DNA of 64,000 nucleotides from Spirochaetia bacterium (lineage in GTDB: Bacteria > Spirochaetota > Spirochaetia > SZUA-6 > Bin103), in the NCBI GenBank assembly GCA_965199955.1, contig CBDATQ010000001.1:800001-864000 (forward strand), in the 5' to 3' direction. A program made the position numbers and the translations under genes. How positions within the stretch are numbered: position 1 is the first letter of the stretch; the number at the start of each line of letters is the position of its first letter. Below are positions 47,745-59,066 of this stretch, one piece after another. The notes below the pieces were generated by a model that was given only the letters and a program-made list of their open reading frames with translations, was not told the DNA's origin and did not search any database.

Positions 47745-48814
47745 CGGGGTGCATCTGGCGCCCCGGCAGCCACGGAACCTGGCTTGACCCCCGGCAGCAC
47801 GCAGCGGTGGCGGAGCGTGAAATCGACGGAGATGTCCGGCCCTTCCGCCTGTTCGTCGACCAGCGGCGGTACAGCGCGGGCGCAGCGGGCTTCGGCCAGA
47901 GCGCAGCGCGGAGTGAACGGACAGCCCGGCTCCGGGTTCAGCGGATCGGGCACGGTGCCGGGGATGGTGCGCAGCGGCCGGTCCGTGTAGTGCACGCCCA
48001 GCTCCAGGTGGGCCTCCAGCAGGGCGCGGGTGTAGGGATGGCGCGGCTCGCTCATCACCAGTGCCGCCGGACCCTGCTCCATCACCAGGCCGCCGTACAT
48101 CACCAGGATGCGGTCGGCCACCTGGCTGACCAGCGCCAGGTCGTGGCTGATGAACAGGATCGCCAGCCCGCGCGCGGCGCGCAGCCGCAGCAGGAGCTCG
48201 ACCACCTGCGCCTGCACGGTCACGTCCAGGGCGGTGGTCGGCTCGTCGGCGATCAGCAGCTCGGGACCGGCGGCCAGCGCGTGGGCGATCATCACCCGCT
48301 GCAACATGCCGCCGGAGAACTGGTGCGGGAAACTGCCGAGCCGGCGCGCCGCTTCGGCGATCCCCACCTCTTCCAGGAGCCGTACCGAGTGGTCACGCAC
48401 CGCCTCGTCCTGCAGGTCCGGGTCGTGGGCGCGCAGCGTCTCGGCCAGCGAGCGCTCGATGGAGTAGATCGGGTCGAACGAGCGCGCCGGCTCCTGGAAG
48501 ATCATCCCCACATGGCTGCCGCGCAGGCGGCGCAGGTCCGCCGGGCGCATGGCCGTCACGTCCTCGCCGCGGAAGCGCAGCCGGCCGGCCGTGGCGCGGG
48601 CGTGCGGCGGCAGCAGGCGCACCAGGGCCAGGGCGGTGACGCTCTTGCCTGAGCCGCTCTCACCGACGACCCCCAGGACCGCGCCGGCATGGATCTCCAG
48701 GTCGACGCCGCGCACCGCCTCCAGCGGACCGCGGTCTGTGGCGAAGGTGACGGCCAGCCCGGCCGCCTCGCAGAGCGGCTGCTCGTACGCCGGAGGGACC
48801 GCGCGGTCAGCCAC
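47738..48814 (-). CDS. Oligopeptide/dipeptide ABC ATPase (OppD-like)
   Basis: GESGSGKS, PHQFSGGM, ADEPTTALD, HPYT..L, GC.F.PRC. Confidence 0.92.
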   Translation of the reverse strand: MADRAVPPAYEQPLCEAAGLAVTFATDRGPLEAVRGVDLEIHAGAVLGVVGESGSGKSVTALALVRLLPPHARATAGRLRFRGEDVTAMRPADLRRLRGSHVGMIFQEPARSFDPIYSIERSLAETLRAHDPDLQDEAVRDHSVRLLEEVGIAEAARRLGSFPHQFSGGMLQRVMIAHALAAGPELLIADEPTTALDVTVQAQVVELLLRLRAARGLAILFISHDLALVSQVADRILVMYGGLVMEQGPAALVMSEPRHPYTRALLEAHLELGVHYTDRPLRTIPGTVPDPLNPEPGCPFTPRCALAEARCARAVPPLVDEQAEGPDISVDFTLRHRCVLPGVKPGSVAAGAPDAPRC

Positions 48815-49949
48815 GAGCCGGCTCCCGGTGGTAGGGGTCCAGCACGTCGCGCAGCAGGTCTCCCAGGAAGCTGAACGACAGGGTGGTGATCAGGAGCGCC
48901 AGACCGGGATAGAGGAACCACGGAAAGCTGCGCAGGTTGCCCAGGGAGGTGACGTTGCGGTCCAGCATCGAGCCCCAGCTCACCGCCGGATCGGAGATGC
49001 CCAACGCCAGGTAGGAGAGCGCCGTCTCGGCCAGGATGAAGCCGGGAATGCCCAAGGCGACGCTGACGATCAGGATCGACGCCATCTGCGGGAGGATCTG
49101 CCTGACGATGATCACCAGCGGCGGGATGCCCTGCAGCCGGGCCGCGGCCACGAAGTCCTCGGTCTTGATGCTGAGCACCATGCCGCGTATCAGCCGCGCG
49201 GTGCCGGGCCAGCCGACGAACGCCAGGATCAGGGTGATGACCACGAACGACTGCCCGGAGTCCATCTTGTAGGACAGCACGGAGCGCAGGAACAGGATCA
49301 TGTAGAGGCCGGGGATGAGGATGAAGAACTCCGACAGGCGCATGATGATCCAGTCCGTGGCGCCGCCGTAGTAGCCGGCCAGCCCGCCCAGGACGATCGC
49401 CAGCGTAAGCGAGATCGAGATGGCGATGAAGCCGACGGTCAGGGAGATGCGGGAGCCGTAGAGAATGCGCGACAGGATGTCGCGGCCCAGGTGGTCGGAG
49501 CCCAGCAGGAACACCGGGTAGGCCTGCCGACCGTTCCGCCACAGCTCGCCGCCCTCCTGGTCGTCCACGTACGGCGCGACGGTTCCGAACAGGTGCACCC
49601 GCATCGGCAGCAGTCCCAGCAGCCGGTACTCCGGCCCCCGCACCAGCAGGCGTACGCGGTAGTGCTCGCCGCGGATGCGCGCATAGCTGCGGGTCACGTC
49701 GTCCACCAGGGCGCGGCGCTGCACCTGCGGGCCGAAGCCCAGCTCGGGCGAGTACCAGTCGATCGAGGGCCGGTGGTGGGTGTGGAACCGGAACGTCGTG
49801 GTGGGCTCGTAGGGCGCCAGGAACTCCGCGAACAGCATCGCTCCGTACAGCAGGATCAGCATCACCACCGAAGCGGCGGCCACCGGCCGCGCGCGCAGCC
49901 GTTGCACAAAGACGCTGCGCCGCCGCCGCGCCGGCCCGGACTCAGTCAT
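48807..49949 (-). CDS. Peptide ABC permease (OppC-like)
   Basis: LGSD.LGRD.LSR.LYG.RISL, LS.L.LG...P..SWG. Confidence 0.92.
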   Translation of the reverse strand: MTESGPARRRRSVFVQRLRARPVAAASVVMLILLYGAMLFAEFLAPYEPTTTFRFHTHHRPSIDWYSPELGFGPQVQRRALVDDVTRSYARIRGEHYRVRLLVRGPEYRLLGLLPMRVHLFGTVAPYVDDQEGGELWRNGRQAYPVFLLGSDHLGRDILSRILYGSRISLTVGFIAISISLTLAIVLGGLAGYYGGATDWIIMRLSEFFILIPGLYMILFLRSVLSYKMDSGQSFVVITLILAFVGWPGTARLIRGMVLSIKTEDFVAAARLQGIPPLVIIVRQILPQMASILIVSVALGIPGFILAETALSYLALGISDPAVSWGSMLDRNVTSLGNLRSFPWFLYPGLALLITTLSFSFLGDLLRDVLDPYHREPARG

Positions 49950-51042
49950 CCTGGCTGCCCGAGAAACGGATGCGCGGATCGACCACCGCCAGCAGGACGT
50001 CGGCGGTGATCATCCCCAGCAGGATCAGAAAGCTGGTGAACATGATCACGGCCAATACCAGGTTGATGTCCTCCTGGCGCACCGCCTCGTACAGCAGCCG
50101 GCCGATGCCGGGATAGGAGAAGATGATCTCCAGGATCAGCGATCCCGAGATCAGCGACGCGAACAGGTCGGCGCTGCTGGTGATGTAGGGATTGAGGGTG
50201 TTGCGGAACGCGTGCACGACGAACACGCGCCGCTCGCTGACGCCGCGCGAGCGCAACGCCGTCACGTACGGCTGACCGAGCTGGTCCAGCATGGTGGCGC
50301 GGATGTAGCGCATGGTGCCGCCGACGCCGCCCAGGAACGCCGCCAGCAGCGGCATGGCGATGTGGTGCACGTAGCTGAAGGAGAAGCGCAGCGGCGCCTC
50401 CCGGAACGGGAAGTCGGGATAAGCCGTGATCGGGAACCAGCCGCTCACGAACGCGAAGAGCTGCAGCAGGATGAGCAGCAGGATGCCGGGCAGGGCATGC
50501 AGCACAAGCGCCGCGAAGGTCGCCGCCAGGTCGGTGCGGGTCCCGGTCTTGGAGGAGAAGTAGAGCCCGGCCGCGAACGACAGCACGGTGATGAAGACCA
50601 GCTCGATCAGGTTCAGGATCAACGAGTTGATCAACCGCGAGCGGACCAGGAACAGGATCGGCGCGCGCGAGATCAGCGACCGCCCCAAGTCGCGCTCCAC
50701 CACGACCTGGTAGAGCCAGCGGGCGTACTGGGCGTAGAACGGCAGGTCCAGGCCAAGGCGTGCCTTGGCCGCGGCGATCTGCTCCTCGGTGTAGACGTTG
50801 TCAACCTGGCGGTCGGAGGAGATCAGCATCTGGCTCCGGACGTAGTTCTCGACCATGTCGCCCGGCGCCAGCTTCATCAGGGCGAACACCGCCAGGCCGA
50901 GCAGCAGCAGGAGGGCCACCATCGACGCCAGGCGGGTGGCCAGGAACCGGAGCAGCGGGCGGCGGCCGCGGGCGCGCGGGCGCCGCGCAGCCGCCGGGGG
51001 CGCCGTCGCGTCCGGCTCGGGACTACGGTCGGGCTCGGTCAT
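49942..51042 (-). CDS. Peptide ABC permease (OppB-like)
   Basis: PGD, LGLD.P.Y.QY, HAFRN, E.IF.YPGIG, VDPRIR. Confidence 0.92.
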   Translation of the reverse strand: MTEPDRSPEPDATAPPAAARRPRARGRRPLLRFLATRLASMVALLLLLGLAVFALMKLAPGDMVENYVRSQMLISSDRQVDNVYTEEQIAAAKARLGLDLPFYAQYARWLYQVVVERDLGRSLISRAPILFLVRSRLINSLILNLIELVFITVLSFAAGLYFSSKTGTRTDLAATFAALVLHALPGILLLILLQLFAFVSGWFPITAYPDFPFREAPLRFSFSYVHHIAMPLLAAFLGGVGGTMRYIRATMLDQLGQPYVTALRSRGVSERRVFVVHAFRNTLNPYITSSADLFASLISGSLILEIIFSYPGIGRLLYEAVRQEDINLVLAVIMFTSFLILLGMITADVLLAVVDPRIRFSGSQDD

Positions 51043-51075
51043 CCGCACCGGCGCGGTCGCGGAGCGGCATCCTGG

Positions 51076-52953
51076 CTATTCGCCGTCGAGCAGGTACAGG
51101 TACGTCGAGTCGAGTCCGTTCAGGGTGTCGTAGAACACGTTGCCCCACTTGTTGCGCACCGCCACGAAGCGGAACGGGTAGACGATGTACATCTTCGGCA
51201 CCTGGTCGAGCAGGATGCGCTGGTACTCGTCGTAGATCGCCTTCGCCGCCTCCTTGTCGATCGTGAAGCGGCCCTCGTTGTAGAGATAGTCGACGCGCGC
51301 CTCCCACTCCGTGTACGGCTCTTCCTGCAGCGGGTGCCACAGGTGGAAGTTGCCCTTGGACTGCCACACGTTGCTGCCGCCCTCCGGCCAGTAGTTGGAG
51401 CCGAGGGAGGCGGTGGCCACGTGCCAGTCGTAGGTGCTGATCAGCATCTCCACCAGCTTCTGGAAGTCGATCGGCCGCACGTTGCCGGTGATGCCGATCG
51501 ACTTCAGCTCGTCGGAGAAGATGTTCATGATGTCGACCCCGACGTTGTTCTCGGCGCCGACGTGGATGTCGAACTCGATGTGGTTGCCGTCGGCGTCCTC
51601 CATCAGCCCGTCCGCGTTGGGGCGGATGCCGATCTCGGCCAGCAGGTCGCGCGCCCGATCCGGATCGTAGTCGAACTCCTGGCGGATCGACTCGTCGAAG
51701 TAGGGGTTGGCGCGCGCGAAGAAGTGCAGCGCCGGCTCGGCCAGGCCGCGGTACACTTGGCTGGCGATGCGGTCGCGGTTCAGCACCGAGCTCATGGCCT
51801 GCCGGAACTTCTTCTGGCTGAACCAGCTATAGACCAACTGGTCCATGGTGTCCGGGTTCTGGTTGAAGGCGATGAAGGAGGAGCCCAGCGTCGGGCCGCC
51901 GTTGTACACGGTGTAGTCGGGGTCCTCGGCGTTGAGCAGCTCGTCCATGTCCTCGGGCCGCAGCGTGAAGGAGTCCTTCTTGCCCTCCTTGAACAGCAGC
52001 AGCTCCGTGTTCCAGTCCGGCACGATCTGGAAGACCAGCTTCTCGATGTAGGGCAGCGTGACGCCGGCCGCGTCCTTCTTCCAGTAGTTGGGGTTGCGCT
52101 CGGCCACGACGCGTACGCCTGGCTCGTACTCGGTGAGGTAGTACTCGCCGATCGAGGGAATGGTCGTCGGGTCGGTGTCGACGCTGAACAGGTTGAGCAC
52201 GCCCTCGGCGCCGTCCTCCTGCTTGGCCGGTTCGTACACGTAGCGCGGGCCGAAGTCCATGTTCGTGGACAGGATCGGGTTGGCGACGATGCGCGGGTAG
52301 TGGAACGCCACCGTGAGCTCGTCGATCTTCTCCACCTCGATGCGCGCCTCGGTGCCGTCCGGCATCTCGATGAACTGGCCGGCGTAGCCGGGCTGCTGCA
52401 GCCCCTGATCGCCCTCGATCTCGTCGTACCAGAAGACGATGTCGTCGGCGGTCACCTGCACGCGGGTGTCGGGATCGGCCAGCGTGGTCCAGTACAGGTC
52501 GTCGCGCAGGGTGTAGACGACGGTGAGCGTGTCGGCTTCCTCGTCGACCTCCACCTCGAAGCTGGCCAGGTTGGGGAGGAACTCGCGCGTGTACGGATCG
52601 TAGTCGGCCAGGGAGTCGAACAGCACGCCGACCACCGTCGCGGTGTCGCCGTCGCGGGCGGACATGGTGTTGAAGGTCTTGGGGTCGTTGTTGATGGCGG
52701 ACAGCCAGGTGCCGCCCACGGTACCCAGGGCCCACTCCTGGCCGCCGGGGCGCGTGACGGTCTTGGCCAGGATCTCGGCGCGCGCCCGTTCGCGCTCCGA
52801 CATCGCCTCGCCCTCGGTCATCTCTTCCTCGACCGCCCGGGCGCCGGCCGTCGTCGCCAGCAGGCCGAGCATGGCGGCGACGAGCGGCAGCAGGGAGATC
52901 GGTCGCGCAGTCCGGATCAGGCCGCGCACGGTCGTCGACTGATCGTTCTTCAT
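51076..52953 (-). CDS. ABC substrate-binding protein, family 5 (OppA/DppA-like)
   Basis: DPKTFN, LRD.L.W, VTADD..F, ERNPNYW, FRQAMS. Confidence 0.92.
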   Translation of the reverse strand: MKNDQSTTVRGLIRTARPISLLPLVAAMLGLLATTAGARAVEEEMTEGEAMSERERARAEILAKTVTRPGGQEWALGTVGGTWLSAINNDPKTFNTMSARDGDTATVVGVLFDSLADYDPYTREFLPNLASFEVEVDEEADTLTVVYTLRDDLYWTTLADPDTRVQVTADDIVFWYDEIEGDQGLQQPGYAGQFIEMPDGTEARIEVEKIDELTVAFHYPRIVANPILSTNMDFGPRYVYEPAKQEDGAEGVLNLFSVDTDPTTIPSIGEYYLTEYEPGVRVVAERNPNYWKKDAAGVTLPYIEKLVFQIVPDWNTELLLFKEGKKDSFTLRPEDMDELLNAEDPDYTVYNGGPTLGSSFIAFNQNPDTMDQLVYSWFSQKKFRQAMSSVLNRDRIASQVYRGLAEPALHFFARANPYFDESIRQEFDYDPDRARDLLAEIGIRPNADGLMEDADGNHIEFDIHVGAENNVGVDIMNIFSDELKSIGITGNVRPIDFQKLVEMLISTYDWHVATASLGSNYWPEGGSNVWQSKGNFHLWHPLQEEPYTEWEARVDYLYNEGRFTIDKEAAKAIYDEYQRILLDQVPKMYIVYPFRFVAVRNKWGNVFYDTLNGLDSTYLYLLDGE

Positions 52954-53008
52954 ACCATCCAGTCTACCGCATGCAAGGTTTTCTTACCGCGCTCCGGTGC
53001 TGCCCAGA

Positions 53009-53042
53009 CAAGAAACCGCCCCACCCGGTGAAGGGTGGGGCG
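53009..53042 (-). terminator. Rho-independent terminator of the CUT2 ABC operon
   Basis: CGCCCCACCC-6 nt-GGGTGGGGCG followed on the minus strand by GTTTCTTG. Confidence 0.7.
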
Positions 53043-53067
53043 TCAGTAGCGCGTGATCGGCTACGGG

Positions 53068-54108
53068 TCAGCGGGCGGCCGCCTCCACGTTGTCCTTGTC
53101 GTAGACCGTGAACGGTCCCATCAGGACGCGCAGGCCCTGGTCCCTGGTGGGATCCTTGTGGATGGTGTACGTGCCCATGCGGCCGGCCTCGAAGGACTCG
53201 CCCTCGGCGGCCTCCAACTGCCCGGTGGCGATCAGGTAGGTCACGTAGTAGGTCAGGTAGCCCAGATCGACGAAGCTCCAGAGCGCGAACTCCGGCGCGC
53301 AGCCGTTCAGGGTGAAGCTCACCATCTCCGCCGGCAGGCCCAGGCCGCTTACCTTGATCTCGTCGCAGAGGTCCTCATCCTGCAGCGCCTTGGAGGCGGC
53401 GGCGATGCCGACCGTGGTCGGGGCCATGAGCAGCTTCAGGTCCGGGTACTTGTCGATGAGCGCCAGGGCCTGGTTGTAGCTCTTCTCCGACTGGTCGTCG
53501 CCGTAGACGATGTCCACGAGGTTGAGCGCCGCATACTTGTCGTCCTCCAGCGCGTTCTGCATCGCGGCGATCCAGGAGTTCTGGTTGGCGGCATCCGGGG
53601 TCGCCGACAGCACGGCGAAGTCGCCGCCGTCGGAGCCCAGGATGTTGAGCGCCATGTCGGCCATCACCACGCCGGTCTCGTCGAAGTCGACCTGGGCCAC
53701 GAACACCTGCTCGCCTTCCGCGGACGGAATCTGCGAGTCCCAGGTCACCACCGTCAGCCCGGCTTCGCGGGCCGCGACGGCGGCGGGAGCGATCTGGTCG
53801 CCGGCGTTGTTGGAGATCATGATGCCGTCCTGCCCCTGCGTGGTGGCGGTGGTCACGATCTCGATCTGGCCTGCGACGCTGTTCTCCGGGGTCGGGCCGA
53901 TGAACTCCAGCGTGCCCGGATTGCCGAGCTCCTCGTGCGCCTCCCGCGCGCCGTTGTGCGCCTGGTCGAACACCAGGATGCCGATGAACTTCGGCAGCAG
54001 CACGAGGTCGGCCTCCATGCCCTTGGTCGCCATGACCTGAGCCTGGGCGGCGCCCGCACCCAGGATCAGGGCGAGGGCCGATGCGGTAATCAGTCGTGTG
54101 ATTTTCAT
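53068..54108 (-). CDS. Rhamnose/AI-2-type (CUT2) ABC substrate-binding protein, RhaS-like
   Basis: LPK....F....[21 protein letters not shown] motif, YGDD, PTTVG, GLGLP.EM, LW...DLGY. Confidence 0.85.
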   Translation of the reverse strand: MKITRLITASALALILGAGAAQAQVMATKGMEADLVLLPKFIGILVFDQAHNGAREAHEELGNPGTLEFIGPTPENSVAGQIEIVTTATTQGQDGIMISNNAGDQIAPAAVAAREAGLTVVTWDSQIPSAEGEQVFVAQVDFDETGVVMADMALNILGSDGGDFAVLSATPDAANQNSWIAAMQNALEDDKYAALNLVDIVYGDDQSEKSYNQALALIDKYPDLKLLMAPTTVGIAAASKALQDEDLCDEIKVSGLGLPAEMVSFTLNGCAPEFALWSFVDLGYLTYYVTYLIATGQLEAAEGESFEAGRMGTYTIHKDPTRDQGLRVLMGPFTVYDKDNVEAAAR

Positions 54109-54140
54109 GGCGCGGAGCCTCGTACGGCTCCGTCGGGAAG

Positions 54141-55145
54141 TCAAGATTGACGGCTGGCGGGAGCGCCCGCGATGCGGGCCAGGAAGCTGCGCACGTTCGG
54201 GATCATCGCGGACAGGATCAGCAGGACGCCGATGACGCCGGCCTGCAGGTGCCCGGTGATGTTGCTGAGCGACATGCCGTTGCGCAGGTAGAGCACGATC
54301 AGGATCGACAGCAGCACGCCGTAGATGGACCCGGCGCCGCCGAAGATGCTGACCCCGCCCAGCAGCACGATGGTGATGATGTCGAGCTCGAATCCCAGCC
54401 CCATGTCCCCGCGCACGGTGCCCAGGCGCGCCGCGAACAGGATCCCGGCCAGCGCGGACAGCAGCCCGGACGTCGTGAACAGCAGCATCTTGACCCGCGC
54501 GACGTTGATGCCGGAGTAGCGGGCCACCTCCTGATTGATGCCGATGACCTGCACCTGCCGGCCGAACCCGCTGTAGCGCAGGACCACTACCGCTACCACC
54601 AGGAGCCCGAAGAAAACCAGCAGCGAGAGCGGGAACGGGCCGAGCAGCGGCTGCTGGCCGAGCGCCTCGAACCACGCCGGGAACTCCTTGATGGAGCGGT
54701 CCTCGACCAGCACGCGGGCGAACCCCCGGAAGCCGATCAGCATCGCCAGGGTCACCACCAGGGACGGCAGGTGGACCACGGTGATCCAGAACCCGTTGAA
54801 CGCGCCGCCGGCGATCCCGATCAGGAGGCACAGAGCCAGCGCCGCCGGCATGGGGACGCCCTGCTGGATCAGCCAGCCGAGGGCGCAGGCGGACAGCCCC
54901 ATCATCGACGCGACCGACAGGTCGATCTCACCGTTGAGGATGATGAAGGCCATGATGAGGACGACGATCACCTTCTCGATCGAGAGGGCGAACAGGTTGA
55001 TCTGGTTGCCGACGGTCAGGAAGGAAGGCGAGGTGAGGGCGTTCATCGCCACGATGCCGAGCAACAGCCCGGCCAGGAAGCCTTCCCAGGTCTTGAAGCG
55101 GGCGCCGATCGCGGCCGCCAAGCCCGCGGGTCCGCCGCCGCTCAC
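54141..55145 (-). CDS. CUT2 ABC permease (RhaQ-like)
   Basis: [31 protein letters not shown]. Confidence 0.9.
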   Translation of the reverse strand: MSGGGPAGLAAAIGARFKTWEGFLAGLLLGIVAMNALTSPSFLTVGNQINLFALSIEKVIVVLIMAFIILNGEIDLSVASMMGLSACALGWLIQQGVPMPAALALCLLIGIAGGAFNGFWITVVHLPSLVVTLAMLIGFRGFARVLVEDRSIKEFPAWFEALGQQPLLGPFPLSLLVFFGLLVVAVVVLRYSGFGRQVQVIGINQEVARYSGINVARVKMLLFTTSGLLSALAGILFAARLGTVRGDMGLGFELDIITIVLLGGVSIFGGAGSIYGVLLSILIVLYLRNGMSLSNITGHLQAGVIGVLLILSAMIPNVRSFLARIAGAPASRQS

Positions 55146-56131
55146 GAGCTCCGCCTCCGCTTCATGAGCAGGCTGTCGACGGCCACCGAGACCAGGATCA
55201 GCAGACCGAGCAGCGCGTCGCGCAGGAACTCGCTCACCTGCAGCGAGCGGATCAGGCTGTTCTCCAGCAGGTCGATCAGGATCGCTCCCAGCACGGCGCC
55301 GAGCACGCTGCCGGCGCCGCCGAAGATGTTCACGCCGCCCACCACCACCGCGGCCACCGACTTGAGCTCCAGGCCGAGGCCGGCGACCACGGTGATGTTG
55401 CCGAAGCGGGCCAGGAACAGGAATCCGGCCAGTCCCGCCAGCGCCCCGCACAGCGTGAACGCCGTGAACACCAGCCCGCGGGTGGGAAACCCGGCGTGGT
55501 GGGCGGCCTCCGGGTTGGAGCCGATGGCGTACAGCCGGCGGCCGAACGACGAGTACTTGAGCAGGAGCTGGAAGAACACCGCCACCCCCAGCATGACGAC
55601 CACCACCACCCGCAGGTGCAGGCGTCCGAAGCTGACCACGTTGAGGCGGGGCAGATCGACCAGCCACTGCGGCAGGTTGACGGTGAGGATGGTCTGCGCG
55701 TCGGAAAACTCGACCAGCACGGTTCGGAAGAGGGCGAGGGTACCGAGCGTGACGATGATCGCGGGCACCCGGCACCAGGCGACGATGGCGCCGTTGCAGG
55801 CTCCCAGCCCGGCCCCGATGCCGACGCACATCAGCACCGCCACCAGCGGCGGGATGTCGTTGGCGAGCGAGAGCTGCTGGCCGACGAAGTAGGCGGTGAA
55901 GCCGACGACGGAGCCCACGGAAAGGTCGATGTTGCGAGTCAGCACCACCAGCGTCTGGCCGATGGCGAGGATGGCCAGGATCGTGACGCTCGCCGACACC
56001 CGGTTGAACAGGCGCGCGCTCAGGTAGTTCTGGATGATCAGCGAGAAGCCGACCAGCACCAGCACGATGAGCAGTACCAGCACACCCTCGCGACGGGTCT
56101 CGGCGCGCAGGCGGCCGGCGCGGAGTCTCAC
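55142..56131 (-). CDS. CUT2 ABC permease (RhaP-like)
   Basis: [38 protein letters not shown]. Confidence 0.9.
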   Translation of the reverse strand: MRLRAGRLRAETRREGVLVLLIVLVLVGFSLIIQNYLSARLFNRVSASVTILAILAIGQTLVVLTRNIDLSVGSVVGFTAYFVGQQLSLANDIPPLVAVLMCVGIGAGLGACNGAIVAWCRVPAIIVTLGTLALFRTVLVEFSDAQTILTVNLPQWLVDLPRLNVVSFGRLHLRVVVVVMLGVAVFFQLLLKYSSFGRRLYAIGSNPEAAHHAGFPTRGLVFTAFTLCGALAGLAGFLFLARFGNITVVAGLGLELKSVAAVVVGGVNIFGGAGSVLGAVLGAILIDLLENSLIRSLQVSEFLRDALLGLLILVSVAVDSLLMKRRRSS

Positions 56132-57678
56132 GGCGTCACGCCCCCTGCGGCGGCGTCCGCCGTCCGCTCCCGTTCGCCGGTCGCGAGCGACATGACCGCT
56201 TCCTGGGTGGCCTCTTCCCGTTCCAGGATGCCCATCTGCCGCCCCTCGCGCATGACCAGGATGCGGTCGCTCATCGCCAGCACCTCCGGCAGGTCGGAGG
56301 AGATGAAGAGGATGGCCATACCCTGCTCGGCCAGCTCCCGCACCATGGCGTGCACCTCGGCCTTGGCGCCGACGTCGATCCCGCGGGTCGGCTCGTCCAG
56401 GACCAGGATCCTGGGCCGGGTGTTCAGCCACTTGCCGAACATCACCTTCTGCTGGTTGCCGCCGGACAGCTTGGCGACCACGTGCATGGTGGACGGCGCC
56501 TTGATCTGCAGCCGCTGCCGGAACTCCTCGGCCGCCTCCTCTTCGGCGGCGCGGCGGATGAGGCCGAACCGCGACAGGTAGCGGCGCAGCACCGGCAGCG
56601 TGATGTTGGCCGTGATCGACAGCGGCATGGCCAGCCCGAACTTGCGGCGGTCCTCGGTCATGTAGGCCACGCCGGCCTGCTGGGCGGCCCGCGGCGAGGC
56701 GAGGCGCCGCTCCCGGCCGCCGATCTCGATGGTGCCGTGGTCGGCCGGCTGCATGCCGAACAGGGCCAGGCCCACGTCCGTCCGGCATGATCCCACCAGC
56801 CCGGCGAAGCCCAGCACCTCGCCCGCGTGCAGGTCGAAGTCGATCGCGGAGAACACCCCCTCCCGGCCCAGACCGCGGACGCGGCACACGTGCTCGCCGA
56901 CGGTCCGCTCGTGCCCGACCCCGTAGAACTGGTCCACCTCCCGCCCCACCATGTCGCGGATGAGGAGCTCCCGGGTCACCTCCGGCGCCGGCCGGGTGGA
57001 GACGTGCTCGCCGTCGCGCAGCACGGTGATGCGGTCCGCGATCTGGAACACCTCCTCCAGCCGGTGGGTGATGAACAGCACGGTGACCCCCCGGTCGCGC
57101 AACTGGCGGGCCGCCCGGAAGAGCTGGCCGACCTCGTGCTCGGAGAGCGACGCGGTGGGCTCGTCCATGATCAGGACTTTCACCTCGAGCGAGATCGCCT
57201 TGGCGATCTCCACCGCCTGCTGCGCGGCCAGGGTGAGTCCTCGGGCAGGGGCACGCACGTCGAGCCGGACGCCGAGGCTCGCCAGGATCTCCTCGGCCTC
57301 CGCGTACATGCGCCGCCAGTTGGTCAGCAGTCCCTGCTCGCGGTGGGTGATGAAGATGTTCTCGGCCACGTCCAGGTCCGGGAACAGCAGCGGCTCCTGG
57401 TAGACGGCGGCCAGCCCGGCCGCCTGCGCCTCCTGCGCGTTGGCCAGGTGGACCGCCTCCCCCTCGACGAAGATCTCCCCCGCGTCGCTCTGCACGACGC
57501 CGGTCAGGATCTTGATCAGGGTCGACTTGCCGGCGCCGTTCTCCCCGACCAGCGCGTGGATCTCGCCTGCGTGCAACGACAGGGACACATCGTCCAGCGC
57601 CTGCGTCATGTCGAAGCGCTTGGAGAGGTTGCGCACCTCCAGCACCGGCGCACCGCCGTTTGACAAGGGGTCGGTCAC
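56128..57678 (-). CDS. CUT2 sugar ABC ATPase with two NBDs (RhaT-like)
   Basis: [39 protein letters not shown]. Confidence 0.93.
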   Translation of the reverse strand: MTDPLSNGGAPVLEVRNLSKRFDMTQALDDVSLSLHAGEIHALVGENGAGKSTLIKILTGVVQSDAGEIFVEGEAVHLANAQEAQAAGLAAVYQEPLLFPDLDVAENIFITHREQGLLTNWRRMYAEAEEILASLGVRLDVRAPARGLTLAAQQAVEIAKAISLEVKVLIMDEPTASLSEHEVGQLFRAARQLRDRGVTVLFITHRLEEVFQIADRITVLRDGEHVSTRPAPEVTRELLIRDMVGREVDQFYGVGHERTVGEHVCRVRGLGREGVFSAIDFDLHAGEVLGFAGLVGSCRTDVGLALFGMQPADHGTIEIGGRERRLASPRAAQQAGVAYMTEDRRKFGLAMPLSITANITLPVLRRYLSRFGLIRRAAEEEAAEEFRQRLQIKAPSTMHVVAKLSGGNQQKVMFGKWLNTRPRILVLDEPTRGIDVGAKAEVHAMVRELAEQGMAILFISSDLPEVLAMSDRILVMREGRQMGILEREEATQEAVMSLATGERERTADAAAGGVTP

Positions 57679-58652
57679 TCCCAGTGGAACAGCACGCCCA
57701 GCGCCTGCTCCGGGTGCTCGTAGAGCAGGTCGTAGCCGGCCTTCAGCTCCCGGCCGGGCAAGCGGTGGGTGACCAGCGGCTGCACCTGCACCTCGCCGGA
57801 GGCCATGCACGCCATTGAGGTACGGGCCATCGCGGCGCGGTCGGCCGAGGGCGGGTAGCTTACCAGCACGCGCTTGCCCTGGAAGCTGTCGACGTCGAGC
57901 GGCAGCGGCGCGTTCTGGTACTTGGCGTTCACCTGGATGAGCCCCCCGGGGGCGAGCATCTTCTGCGCCTGCTCGAAGGAGGCGATGCCGGGCGGGCCGC
58001 CGACGCAGTCCACGACGATGCTCGCTCCCTCGCCGCCGGTGAGCCGCCGCACCGCCTCCACCGGGTCCTCCTCGCCCGCGTGCACGACCTCGGGCGCGCC
58101 CACCTCGCGGGCGATGCGGCAGCGGATCTCCAGCGTATCCACGGCGATGAGCTGGGCCGGCCGGAAGCGCCGGGCGAACTGCATGACCAGGTTGCCCACC
58201 AGCCCCTGGCCCAGCACGGCGACGCGGTCGTCCGTGGTGATCTCGAGCGCCTGCGCCCATCCCGCGCCGCTGGTCGCGAGCGGATGGAACGTCCCCTGCT
58301 CGAAGGAGAGCTCCGGATGCAGGTGGTGCATGGGATGCCGCGCTTCGGCGGCGGTCGAGCACAGTGAGTACTCGGCGTGCGGGGCGGTGGCCACCACCCG
58401 GTCGCCGGTTGCGAAGCCTCTCACGCCGTCACCGGCCGCCTCGACGATCCCGGTGGTGGAGTACCCCATGGAGCTCGGGCTCACCGGCCCCTCCATCACG
58501 TAGCGCCGCCACAGCTCCGAGCCGCGGCTGATCAGGCTGACTCGGGTCCGCGTCAGCACCTCCTTCGGTCCGGGCTCGGGCACCGGCACCTGTTCCAGGA
58601 AGACGTTGCCGACGCCCTCACCCTTTGCCGCTCGCCACATCGTCCTTGCCAT
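57675..58652 (-). CDS. MDR-superfamily alcohol dehydrogenase-like protein
   Basis: SLIS.G.E, GYS, GDRV, GQGLVG; no catalytic-Zn GHE motif. Confidence 0.85.
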   Translation of the reverse strand: MARTMWRAAKGEGVGNVFLEQVPVPEPGPKEVLTRTRVSLISRGSELWRRYVMEGPVSPSSMGYSTTGIVEAAGDGVRGFATGDRVVATAPHAEYSLCSTAAEARHPMHHLHPELSFEQGTFHPLATSGAGWAQALEITTDDRVAVLGQGLVGNLVMQFARRFRPAQLIAVDTLEIRCRIAREVGAPEVVHAGEEDPVEAVRRLTGGEGASIVVDCVGGPPGIASFEQAQKMLAPGGLIQVNAKYQNAPLPLDVDSFQGKRVLVSYPPSADRAAMARTSMACMASGEVQVQPLVTHRLPGRELKAGYDLLYEHPEQALGVLFHWE

Positions 58653-58706
58653 CGCCGCTCCCTCCTTTGTCGGAGTCCCAATGTTCATAACTTATCCGCG
58701 ATCACG

Positions 58707-58982
58707 TCATCGATGCGCGAGCGGTGCGTCTCCACGTCGTGGATGGTGGTCTGTTCGGCCGCCTGTTGCAGGAGCGCCGGGATCGGCGTGCTTCAGTCCT
58801 CTCCTGAAGACGAACGCCGCCGCCAGCGACAGGGCGAGCGCCGCCAGCGGCGTGTGCCAGAAGTCGGGCGGCGCGATGCCCAGAAGCCGCCGGGACGGAT
58901 ACCACGCGACGAAGCAAACCGGCAGGACGGTCAGCATGCCGGCCAGCAGGAAGGAGCTCAAGCCGTCGAGCGGAAAAGTCAT
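58707..58982 (-). pseudogene. C-terminal remnant of an ABC-2 type exporter permease (DUF990-like)
   Basis: FPL......LTVLPV.F.AWYP...LLG...TP.........FRRGLKH; no N-terminal part upstream. Confidence 0.5.
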
Positions 58983-59066
58983 GTTGCGCGCGGGCTCCGA
59001 TTCGGACCAAGGTGTGCACTGCCTGAGCGCCGAGGAATCCACGACCGGCGTACGGAGAGCAAGTCC

